A DNA stretch of 50,750 bases from Peribolospora baueri (Eukaryota): contig JAMDHS010000027.1 in the NCBI GenBank assembly GCA_029717555.1, forward strand, positions 186,001-236,750, given 5' to 3'. Positions 41,132 through 50,750 of the stretch are shown here, in pieces (within the stretch, counting starts at the first letter, position 1; every line of letters starts with the position of its first letter). The notes beneath the pieces are model-generated. The model had not been told where the DNA came from. It worked only from the letters and a program-made list of their open reading frames with translations, and ran no database searches. Position numbers and translations under genes: made by a program.

Positions 41132-41342
41132 AATGCAGCTTCTGGAAGACGAGCTAGCAACCGTTGGTCGCACCACGCTACTGAGCATGGGAAAATAACA
41201 CCTATGCACTTATGATAGGCGGAAAGGTACAAATACAACAGCGCGGACCAGAGCTCAGGTTGCCCAGTCGAAAATCACTTTTCTGCCTCTCTCTCAAGTG
41301 CCCTACATGCTCTGCGCAGAGCATAACCTCCTATGCGAGACT

Positions 41343-42496
41343 CTACTTAAACAGCACCTGCACAGAGTACTGCTTGCTATCAGGATCCCAATGCGACCAC
41401 GTTCCTGGTTGAACGCCCTTCGTTCGTGACGCCGGACCCGAGGCAGTGGTGATAAGCGTCTCGGAACGGTCGATCTCTCGGGATTGGAGCTTGAAGGCGA
41501 TCGTTTCGTAGGGTTCTGCCGCAACCTAGGGAGCAAATGGGGAAGAGCGGGAAATTATTACGTTGTGGGATGGGTAGAGGATAAGAAATTGTCCAGGCAC
41601 GTCAGCAAGACTTCTTCGGATGAAGACGATCTGCGACGATGAAAGAAAAGGACATGCCGGAGACTCACGACCAAATATTGCCACGCACGGTTTGGCATCT
41701 CCTGCCTCTGCTCGAAGCTACTCATGAACCGATGTAGCGGTGTGACGCCCTCTGCGATTTCTGGAAGATGTACCTGGAACAAGAGACCCATTCTGCCCCC
41801 CTCCTCGATCGCCTCCTCTCCTTCCGCAGGTTCGCCCAGCACCCGAACCGGCTCGCGGACTTTGGTGATCTTATAACCAGGCCTGCCAATCTTGACAAAA
41901 GTCTTCTTCTTCACTTCAGGAGCGCCTGCGTTTGGACCGGTGATCAGGTGCGTGGAGTTGTACATCGCATTGTCCTTCGCCTCTCGCGCAGCGCGACGGG
42001 CAAGATTCGTCTGGTGCTTCTTGCCCTGCGTGTGCGCAAGGTAGGAGCCCTCATTTGTATGCAACGTCAGACAGAGTCGGCATTCCAGACCGCCTAGATG
42101 GTTTCGCAATATGTAAGGGTCCTGCGCGGATCGGGAAAGTAGAAAAGAAAAAGTAGAGCATTCAGCTGATCAGAGCAGATGAGCTGGCGCCGACAGTCGA
42201 ATCAGCGAGTTCTGCCCATTTCGCTCCATCCGTCATCTACGCGTCATCTATATCTCTATTCGGCAGTACCCGCCAGAACAAGCGCCACTCACCTTGTTGA
42301 TGTCAATCGTCTCAAGCGCCAACTTCCTCAACCGCTCCCTCCGGTCAACGTTAGCCTCAGACGCGCCAGCCACGCCACCGCCACCAAACTTGGACCCGAC
42401 TCTGTTCTGATAATCTGCGGGATTGAACGAGAGACAGCACAATGTCAAAGACTAGTCAATGGGTACAAACGCAGCTCTAAACTGTTACTCACCCAT
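41343..42496 (-). CDS. PRP11: U2 snRNP SF3a subunit SF3A2/Sap62/Prp11
   Basis: MDYQNRVGSKFGGGGVAG, RRERLRKLALETIDINK-DPYILRNHLGGLECRLCLTLHTNEGSYLAHTQGKKHQTNLARRAA, VKIGRPGYKITK, VAAEPYETIAFK, WSHWDPD...LFK*. Confidence 0.97.
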
Positions 42497-42771
42497 CTTG
42501 ACTATGCTAGGGCGTTGGGATGTGAACGAGGAGAAGTGCTTGTTGTCTGCCGAGTTCGTGGAGATCAAATCGCGCAGCGTGGAGCGGCTCGCGGAGATGG
42601 CGGGGTTAACCGGAAGATGATGTTCACCACGTGGCCGATCAGAAAAAGTTGCTCGTTGCTGCGGCGTCTCCATATTTTGTCCGTGACATTTAATACTGTC
42701 CCTGCGTATGTTCTTTTTATTCTGTCCCACCTTCCTTTTCTCGCAAGAGCATCCCCCCTCGTTTCGCCCCC

Positions 42772-45421
42772 ATGTCAGACAGCGAGGGCTCAAGTTTTGA
42801 TGCGGACGAGGGGTGGTTGAATGAGCTGGACAGCGAGGAGGAGGCGCCGTACGAGCTCGCCCCGAGGAAGCGCAAAAGGGAGGAGGATGGGAAAGGAGGC
42901 AAAGGGGCGAAGAGGCTGCCTGTGAGGTTGTCGGATGGGAGAGTAGTCATGCAGGAGGTAGATTCGGATGGGGACGTAGATGGTAAGCCGGCAGGGTCCA
43001 AGGCCGTCTACGCACCTCGTGACAGCGAAGCAGAGGATACAGACGACTCGGACCTCGAGCGAGAAGCCGACGCCGAGCGACGGCTAGCTGCTGCAGAGGC
43101 TGAGGCTTCTGCGCGAAGCCTCGACGTCGCTACAGGCGCCCGGTTTGGAAGAAGGGCTGTGGGGGACGTGTTGGTGACAAAAAACCGGAAGGCACGAGTA
43201 ATGGAGGCGCGAGAGCAGATCGCCTCGCTTTCTCAGGAGGTCACCGGTGACCCTGAGAACGGCATTGGTCTCTTGCGCCGATTGGGTTCTTTCGCCGCCC
43301 GGTACGCTCCTCCGCCTTCTACAGCTTCGACAAAGGGCGAGGAGGGTAGAGAAGGAGGAGTAGGAAGAAGCAAGACGCCAACGGACCCCCTCATCCGGCA
43401 ACTCGCGCTTCTCTCGTTGCTGGCCATCTACGTGGATATCGTCCCCGGCTACCGGATCCGAGCGCTTACGGACCACGAGAAGGCCGAGAAGGTCAGCCAG
43501 GAAGTAGCTAGGAGGCGTGATTTTGAGCAGGGTCTCGTTGCCAACTATCAGGCTTATTTGAAGGTGCTCGAAGGGGAGCTTAAAGGTGAGCTGCTGGGCG
43601 GTGTCAGAGCGCACGTCGCCCAAGCTCGTCACAGGATAACCATAACACATGTTCTCTTCCCTCGTCACATCCACATGTTGCAGGCACTTCGGAGCTCAAA
43701 GGGGTTGCTCTCAAGTGCATGTGCACTTTGCTCGTGAGGATCCCTCACTTCAACTTTCGTGTCAACTTGCTTCAAGCTGTTGTTGCTCGACTAAGCAGGA
43801 AATCGTGGAGCGAGGTTAGTTCGTTCGCTCGTCTTCTTGCCCTTTCCCGACCCTGTCCCTGAGTGAGCTCGTGACCATTTTCTTTTTTTCTGAACAGGAC
43901 TCGGAAATGTGTTTCGCCTCGCTTTGCACACTTCTCGACCACGACCTAACGGGCGAGGCCTCGCTCGAGACGGTGCGCCTCCTTAACCGAATGATCAAAG
44001 AGCGACACTTCCGCGTCCACCCTCGCGTACTGGACATCCTCCTCCATCTTCGTCTCCGAGCAGAGTTGAGCGTCCGTGCGAGTGAGACACGCGCCGAAGG
44101 AAAGCGTCCCTCTGGCGGTGAAGTCCTGAAGGGCAAGGGGAAGGGAAAGAAGGAGCAGAAGCCGGTCTTGAGCAAGAAGGCGAAGAAGGCGCTAAAGGAG
44201 AAGAAAGAGATCGAGAAGGAGATGAAGGAGGCAGAGGCAGAGGTGGACCAAAACGAAAGAGCGGGAAAGGTGAGAGCGATCGGTGACCTTCTTTCATCCT
44301 TCGAATGGCTTCCTCGTAAGCTTGCATACTGTCCGATTGGCTTGCATCTCATCTCTCTTCTTCGTCATTCTGTCCATCCAATACCATGCAGCAAACGGAA
44401 ACGTTGAAACTACTTTTTGTGCTGTATTTCAGCATTTTAAAACAGGAGACGTCCTCTCCGCTCCTGCCCTCCGCTCTCGAAGGTATATCGCGCTTCGCGC
44501 ATCTCGTCAGTGTAGACTTTTTCCGAGATCTCCTCAGCGTCCTACGGCAGATCTTGTCGGCCAATGCCAAAGGTGGATGGAATGCGGAGGAGTTGGCGAT
44601 GAAGAAAGGGGAAGAGGGAGACGAAGCGGAGGCGGCCATATTGGAGGACACAGAACGACGACGGAATGGTGTCAGGGAAAGCTTGCTTTGCATCGCCACT
44701 GCATTTGATCTCCTTTCCGGGCAAGGTGAGCTGAGTTTGGTATTAGAGCGACTCGACGCACATCTCAATAACACATGTCGGATCGCTTGTTGACATGGCC
44801 CGTCGCCGTATTTTTCTTCCTTGCATTTCTGCTCTTTATCTGCATTCCGCAGGCGAAGCACTGAACATCGACTTGACCGACTTTATTACCCATCTATATG
44901 GCCTTCTCGTCCCCTTGTCTCTGTCGCCCACCATCGACGAGCGACCAGATGTGCCCGGCAGTAGTAGCGGCATCGAGGATTTTACGGCAACGGCGAACGG
45001 TCGACATCAAAGCTCCCCTCGAGACAGAGGAAAGAAAAAGTCATCATCCCACCTCGTCTCGGAAGCCGACCTTCTCTTCCGATGCCTCGACCAAGCCCTC
45101 ATCCGGCCCCGTTCAGTCCCGTCGGAGCGCACCGCCTCGTTCGCGAAGCGCCTCCTCACCGCCTCCCTGCATTGGCCTCCGCAGACGGCGCTGAGGGCGC
45201 TGGACGCAGTATCTCGGATGCTGGTGAAAGAGAGTAGACTAGAGGGCATGCTCAGCACGGAAGACAGGGCGGCTGACGGCGTCTACAGGCCGGACGTGGA
45301 CGATCCGCACGTCGCTAAACCGTTCGCCACCTGCTTCTGGGAACTGGCCACTCTGGAGTCATCGCATTGGGATGCCAGGCTTAGGGAGAAGGCGGGTCAA
45401 TTGGCGCGGTGGGCGCGGTGA
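42772..45421 (+). CDS. NOC3: Nucleolar complex-associated protein Noc3 (NOC3p + CBF/Mak21 domains)
   Basis: KRLPVRLSDG; DPENGIGLLRRL; LSLLAIYVDIVPGYRIRALTDHEKAEKVSQEV; HFNFRVNL; LFVLYFSILK; LEGISRFAHLVSVDFFRDLL; GEALNIDLTDF; RTASFAKRL; CFWEL. Confidence 0.94.
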
Positions 45422-45883
45422 CGGGAGGGGGAGTCAGTCGATGATGACGTGAGGATTCCATTTGTATTTGTCGAGGTGCGATGGCCGAAGGTCGTCGCGC
45501 CCGCCTTAACAACGCAACGCAAATCTTTGCCTCTCCGGGCGCAGAAAGGGAAGCTCAAAAAGGAATGAGCAGGCAATGCAGAAGAGTATAGCATTACCAA
45601 ATTGAGAGCGGGCGGAAGACCCCAAGGTTCTTTCGAGTTAGTCCTACAAACGACAGTACGAAAACGAGTTGCATGTGCTCTGTGCTTCTTTCTATGGATT
45701 GTGGGCGAGGCAAATTCATGTCCCGACTCCTTCTGGATCGAATCGACATCAAGGAGAAAACGTACGCTCACGTACGTTCCGTACTCAAGCCTAGCCCAGC
45801 CCCAGCCCAGCCCGTCCTCCTATGCAAAAAGTCCACCCGGACCAAGAGCTCTCCGTCTCCATCGACACCTTCGACCTGCTCGC

Positions 45884-48396
45884 TTACTGAGCATTGTATG
45901 CCTGCTCGTGGATCGTCACACTCCTCCCACTCGGGTCCGCGGCGCATCCCCAATCGGCCCTAGGGATCCAGCGAACGGCGGTGCGCGCGGCGGTCTCGGT
46001 GGGGAACCAAGACTCGAAGATGTCACGGATCATGTACGCCTCCTTGGTGTCCGGAATGTCGACGGCCCAGCGTTTCGACGCCTTGCTCAGCTGCTCGTCA
46101 GAGACGACGCGAGACGCGTGTTCCTTCACGCCGTCGATCCAGCTGTACCCCACACCATCGGAGAATTGCTCCTTTTGGCGCCAAAGGATGGAGTCGGGGA
46201 GGTAGGGCTGTGAAGTAGGCAAATTTGTTGAAGATGGAGAGAAAGTAATATGAGCTCAATGACATAGCTCGGGCGTGGATTTCACGGGGCAGAAGGGGCC
46301 GACGCCGACGCAACACACCTTCTCGCCAGGTTTCACGTCGAAAGCCTTCCTGAGAATGTACTTCTCCATGCGGGGCCGTCCTTCAGCGTCCTTCGTCTGA
46401 AGAGATCCCTTGGAGAACTGCTTATCCTTAGCGTCGATAGTCATAGCTTCTTCAAGGAAGGCCTTGTCGAGGAAGGGCACGCGCGCCTCAAGACCCCAGG
46501 CCATGGTTGACCTGTAGCAATGAAGTAAGGAGGAACAGAGTCAGAAAGGGGGGGGGATCAGGGACGCTGTCGGAGGCGGAGAAGCGTAGACCCACTTGTT
46601 GGCCCGGAGACAGTCGGCGGTGTGCAAGTTCTTGACCCGCCTGACACACTCGCGATGGAACTCTTCCCGACTGGGGGCAGCGTGGAAGTAGAGGTAGCCG
46701 CCGAAGATCTCGTCGCTGCCCTCACCGCTGAGGACCATCTTAACTCCCATGGCCTTGATCTTCCGACTGAGGAGGTACATAGGCGTGGAGGCACGTACGG
46801 TGGTTACGTCGTACGTCTCCAGGTGGTAGATGACGTCCGAGATGGCGTCAAGACCTTCCTGCACGGTGAAGGTGTACTCATGGTGTACTGTGCCCAGGTA
46901 TTTGGCCGCCTCGCGCGCAGCGAGCAGGTCGGGCGAACCGGGGAGGCCGATGGAGAAGGAGTGAAGGCGGGGCCAAGAGGCCAAGGTGTTCATCTCGTCT
47001 GCAAGGGAATGGGAGATGTGAGCGAACGCACGTAGCGAACGGGCAATGAGATGGTGGCTTCGAGAGCAGGAAGCAGGCCAATTAGCGAAAGCTCACCCTC
47101 CTCGCTCTCATCCACCCCCACCAACCCATCCTCGCCACCCGCCAACGGTTCGCCGTCAGGCACGGCCTGTCCGTCGGCGTTGGTCTTCCCTCCTCTGCCA
47201 CCCACGCTTCTCTCATACGCTTCCCTCTGCAACGTTGACATGCGCTCGGTCTCCCTGGCAGCGATAGCGGCGATGAGGCTCGAGTCGAGTCCTCCGGAAA
47301 GCAACACTCCATAAGGTACCTCAGACATGAGGCGCTTCCGGACCGAATACTCGAGCGTCTCACGGATCTTGACCAAGTCAACAGGGCGAGAAGGGACGTT
47401 GGAGTTAGGGGCATCGTCCTCCAACCAGCTGGGGTTGTAGTACCTGGTCGTAGCGCCCTTTTCCCCCGTCTTCTCATCGATGGCGTCCGAATACCAGTAG
47501 TGACCGGGAGGGAAGGAGCGAATGGTGTCGCACTCCTCGTGCAAGGCCTTGAGCTCGGAGGAAAAGTATATGGCGCCAGGATGCTTGGACGACCAGCCCT
47601 GGTAGAGGGTGGTGATGCCGATCGGGTCACGGGCCGCAAGCACGCGGGACGGGGAGACGGAGGTGTCGACGAGGACGAAGGAGAACATGCCGTCCAGCAT
47701 GTCCACGAAGTTGGGACCGTGCTCTTTGTACTGCGAGCAAACCAGCGAAGGGCACGTGCGCGGAAGTGCGAGCGGGTGGAAGGGGGATAGATCAAGCAAA
47801 GGTCGCTTTGGGAAGACGAGCGGCAGGAGCTGAAACTTACAAGGTGGAGAATGACTTCGCAATCGGAGTGAGTCTTGAACTTGGCGGGCTGCGTGAGCAA
47901 CTTTCGGAGCGCACGATGGTTGTAGATCTCTCCGTTGACGGCAAGAATGAGGGTGCCGTCCTCGTCGGTGAGGGGCTGCGCGCCAGTGTCTGCCAGGTGG
48001 ATGGCGAAGCGGAGTCAGCCGTTTCGTTTCGTTTCGTCGCGGCCACGAACGCCGACCAAGTGTGAACTTGACCCCCTCTACCCTGAAATGCGACCCAGAC
48101 TCACCGACGCCGACGATGGCCAAGCGCTCATGGCAAAGGATGCTGCCCTTGCCGTCGCCCTTGTCGGAGACGACGCAGCCGCTCCAGTCAGGGCCGCGGT
48201 GGCGGATGCAGCGGGAGAGCTGGAGCATGCGCGGCCTATAGGCCGTGGCGTCTTGAACGTGACAACAGGCGAGGATGCCACACTGTCGGTTTTGAACGCA
48301 TGGGACGATGATCGTGTGGCATTTGTTAACCACCAGTCGGTCCGATCCAGTCCGTCCATCTTATCGCCACGACTCCTCTCAAAAAGGACTCACCAT
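45884..48396 (-). CDS. ASN1: Glutamine-hydrolysing asparagine synthetase (Ntn amidotransferase + synthetase domain)
   Basis: ATG-only exon spliced to CGILA (catalytic Cys2); [92 protein letters not shown]. Confidence 0.97.
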
Positions 48397-48660
48397 GGTG
48401 AATCACTTAGCAGCGAGATGGAGACGAAGGGAGAAGAAGGCGGAGGAGACGCCGGGCGACAGACAGGACCGCCGGCCGAGACAGATAAAGCGTTGAGCGC
48501 TGCGGCGAGCAGGGACGGAGAGGGGAGGTCGGACGGGGTCCGTCCGGATTCGGAGCAGACGGCCGAGGTGAACGAGGTGAGGGTGGTGGACAAGCGAGCG
48601 TCGTGGATGAAGGCGCTGGCTTTCCTGCTGGCGAGTCTTACACGTCGTCGTCGTCGTCCT

Positions 48661-49166
48661 GACTTGCCCGTATCAGTCCGCCTCACTCACTCCCTCCCTC
48701 CGTCCGTCTTCTCTTCCTCTCCGGCCGCTCCTCTCGCCTCGCCCCCGATGACTCCCTTCTTCTCGAGCCGGCAGCTGCGGCTGCGGCCATCTCGCTCGCT
48801 TTCCAGCCCGAGCGGCGGCGATGGCCGGAGACGCGCGGAGAAAGGAGAGCGGAGCAGCGCCGACGCGGTTCGTCCCGAGCAGCAGTAGCGCGCCCCGTCA
48901 CTCGCCGCAGTCGGCGCACGTGATGTGAGCTCTACCGTAGCATTCCTAACCCTACCTGACCTGAGTGAGTTGCCGCGGCTCTTCTTCCTGGTGAGCACCA
49001 GTCAAGACAACAAACGCCGTGCGTCCTCGCCATGTCGCTTCCAGGCTTGCTTCGCCCCGTGCTCCTGCGCCCGAAGCGGAGGCCAGGTAGGGAAACAGCT
49101 GCTTCCCTCGTTTTCCGCCAGCGCCGTCTCATTTCGGGGCGTCGTCGCAAGCGCTGACGACAAGTC
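48661..49166 (-). ncRNA. Candidate ~0.5-kb structured RNA element between the divergent ASN and kinase genes
   Basis: End-to-end pairing 48661-48676/49154-49166; 13-bp helix 48950-48962/49080-49092; 12-bp helix 48857-48868/48905-48917; hairpin 48785-48826. The mismatches in the first two helices become G-U on the - strand. TATA-like element about 30-40 nt upstream on that strand. Confidence 0.4.
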
Positions 49167-49194
49167 CGCGTGACTTCACTGCGACATCGGCACC

Positions 49195-49206
49195 TTATTA
49201 TATATA
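49195..49206. promoter_or_regulatory. TATA-like element
   Basis: TTATTATATATA (TATATATAATAA on the - strand), a conspicuous AT island in a GC-rich spacer. It could serve either strand. Confidence 0.5.
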
Positions 49207-49666
49207 CTTACGGGAGCTGGAAGGTGAAGGGACAACTTGAGATGGGCAGAAGGTCGACGTCGGCCTGCCTCGAGGCGTTGCCTATTGCCCCATCCGTCCA
49301 TGCTACCCGTTGTTCGCTCCTCATTGTTGTAGGCAAACGTGACCAGGAAAAGGATTGTAGTGTGGGATACGGACGCCCGATGAGTGTCTATACCGTCTTC
49401 TTCTGAAGAGAATGTTGTGATTTTCGAGCAGCAAACTTTGAGCAACGTGAAAAAAATCGGCAGACCCGCTTAAGCTCCAAGGTCGAGTCACGTCGAGGTG
49501 GGCCCTCGTTTCCAAGGCGGGTTGTTGAAAAGCGCGTGCGAAACTATATATGGGACTGTGGAATGACAGGAAACAACCTCGATTCCCTCCCTTCAGTTCC
49601 ATCGTAGGACTCGCACTTCACTTCGATTCTCTTCTCTTCTCGTCTCGATCCTCTAACCGATCCAAA

Positions 49667-50750
49667 ATGTCGTTCGAGTCCTTCGGATGCTCTCTCTCGG
49701 AGGACGAGACGTTTCTCTCCTTCTCCTTCAAGCGTTCCTTTTCTCTCGTCGACATTCTCTTCGTCGCTGACCCTCTCCAGCCCAACTCGTTCGAATCTCG
49801 GATCGTTCGTGCCAACTTGCAGCAGTATGAAGGTGAAGAGAAGCCATTCATGGATCTGAGAGATACGGTGATATGTAGCGGGTGGATGGAGAGGGTGGTG
49901 GGGCCTGCTTTGGACGCCTGCCTCGAAGCCGACCAGCGTGACGGCGAGCGTTCGGATGGTCAGTGTTGGCAGGTTAGCGCATTCACCGAGTCGGACGCGG
50001 CGGCCGCACAAGTCGGGGGATCGCATCAATCCATCTTTGCTCACACGCCCGAGCAGAGGAGCGAGGAGTGCCTCGAACCCCCTTCTCCTTCTACGACGAC
50101 TATGGACAACGTCCGCGTGCGCGTGGACGGAGACACCTTGAGGTCCGACAACTATCTTACGCGTCTCAAGACCGTCAACGATGTCCTGCGTTCATTTCCG
50201 ACCGGAAACGGACGAGCCGCACACCAGCCCGACAGGGACAACGATGATAGGCGGGACACTACAGAAGGAGAGCGTGCGCATCAACCCAGTCTGTACGGCT
50301 TGGCCGACTTGGATATTATTGATGACGGGTTGGATTCGAGCAGCGGTCTGGTTTTCCCCGCTCGTCTTTTCAGGCCCAAGGAGGGCGCATCATCGCCTTT
50401 TGACCACGGCGAATTAAGGGGCCTCAACGGCAAAAATGCCGTCTCGGACAAGCAACAAGTCGCGCTCAAGTTCATCCATCCCGGCCAACTCCATCTGCGT
50501 GCCGAATCCGCCGAACATATGCTCTCGAGCTTTTACAACGAGCTGTCCGTCCTGCTTTCCATTCCGCCTCATCCTTCCATCGTTTCGGCTCCTCTCGGAC
50601 TGGTTACGATTCCCTCCTCTGCTACACAAGCCCCAGGAGGAGAACAACAAGAACCCTCTTCGCCCGTTCTCGTCTGCGGCTTTCTCCTCCCCTTCTATCC
50701 AGGAGGCCCGCTTTCCGAACATCTGCCTGGGTCATCCCTGTCCCAACGTC
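49667..50750 (+). CDS. Protein kinase-like gene, 5-prime part (runs off the right edge; absent from the ORF track)
   Basis: Stop-free frame from AAAATG at 49667 to the window end (~361 codons): degenerate Gly loop LDSSSGLVFPARL, VALKF (subdomain II), SFYNELSVLLSIPPHPSIV (III/IV), VCGFLLPFYPGGPL (hinge). Confidence 0.8.
   Translation, partial: MSFESFGCSLSEDETFLSFSFKRSFSLVDILFVADPLQPNSFESRIVRANLQQYEGEEKPFMDLRDTVICSGWMERVVGPALDACLEADQRDGERSDGQCWQVSAFTESDAAAAQVGGSHQSIFAHTPEQRSEECLEPPSPSTTTMDNVRVRVDGDTLRSDNYLTRLKTVNDVLRSFPTGNGRAAHQPDRDNDDRRDTTEGERAHQPSLYGLADLDIIDDGLDSSSGLVFPARLFRPKEGASSPFDHGELRGLNGKNAVSDKQQVALKFIHPGQLHLRAESAEHMLSSFYNELSVLLSIPPHPSIVSAPLGLVTIPSSATQAPGGEQQEPSSPVLVCGFLLPFYPGGPLSEHLPGSSLSQR

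Noticed and set aside
48749..48754. Gcn4/Cpc1-like TGACTC upstream of ASN
   Set aside because: A lone hexamer near the gene, not the full TGACTCA; expected by chance.
48940..49100. snR30/U17 m1-m2-like motifs (CATTCCTA ... AAACAG) flanking a stem
   Set aside because: Both deviate from the AUAUUCCUA/AAACCAU consensus and no ACA box follows the hairpin.
49204..49290. U1 snRNA-like start ATACTTAC
   Set aside because: Followed by GG rather than CTG; no U1-70K loop or Sm site; overlaps the TATA-like tract.

Overview
Gene-dense, GC-rich eukaryotic nuclear DNA with short GT-AG introns (GTGAGT/GTAAGT donors, CTRAC branch sites). It is most consistent with a basidiomycete fungus (inference from intron style and protein likenesses). 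I could reconstruct about 16 full-length conserved housekeeping genes: GPC1, STU1/CLASP, PPT1, glucosidase II alpha, an SSSCA1/ZNRD2-like Zn-ribbon protein, FIG4, CDT2, RIM1 mtSSB, PRP31, ERV1, an MFS transporter, 6PF2K/FBPase-2, PIG-X, SF3A2, NOC3 and asparagine synthetase. There are also two edge-truncated genes (a probable aldehyde dehydrogenase first exon and an intronless protein kinase absent from the ORF track) and an apparently broken small gene resembling the small subunit of serine palmitoyltransferase. Most short ORFs in the track are antisense or off-frame shadows. The most striking unexplained signal is non-coding: a ~1.6-kb intergenic block (35182-36751) that folds by eye into many nested long-range helices whose G-U wobbles favour the + strand, i.e. 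a candidate large structured ncRNA of unknown class. A second ~0.5-kb structured block (48661-49166) sits next to a TATA element and contains a CCTAACCCTA telomere-template-like motif. All family assignments are from motif recognition by eye, not from database searches.
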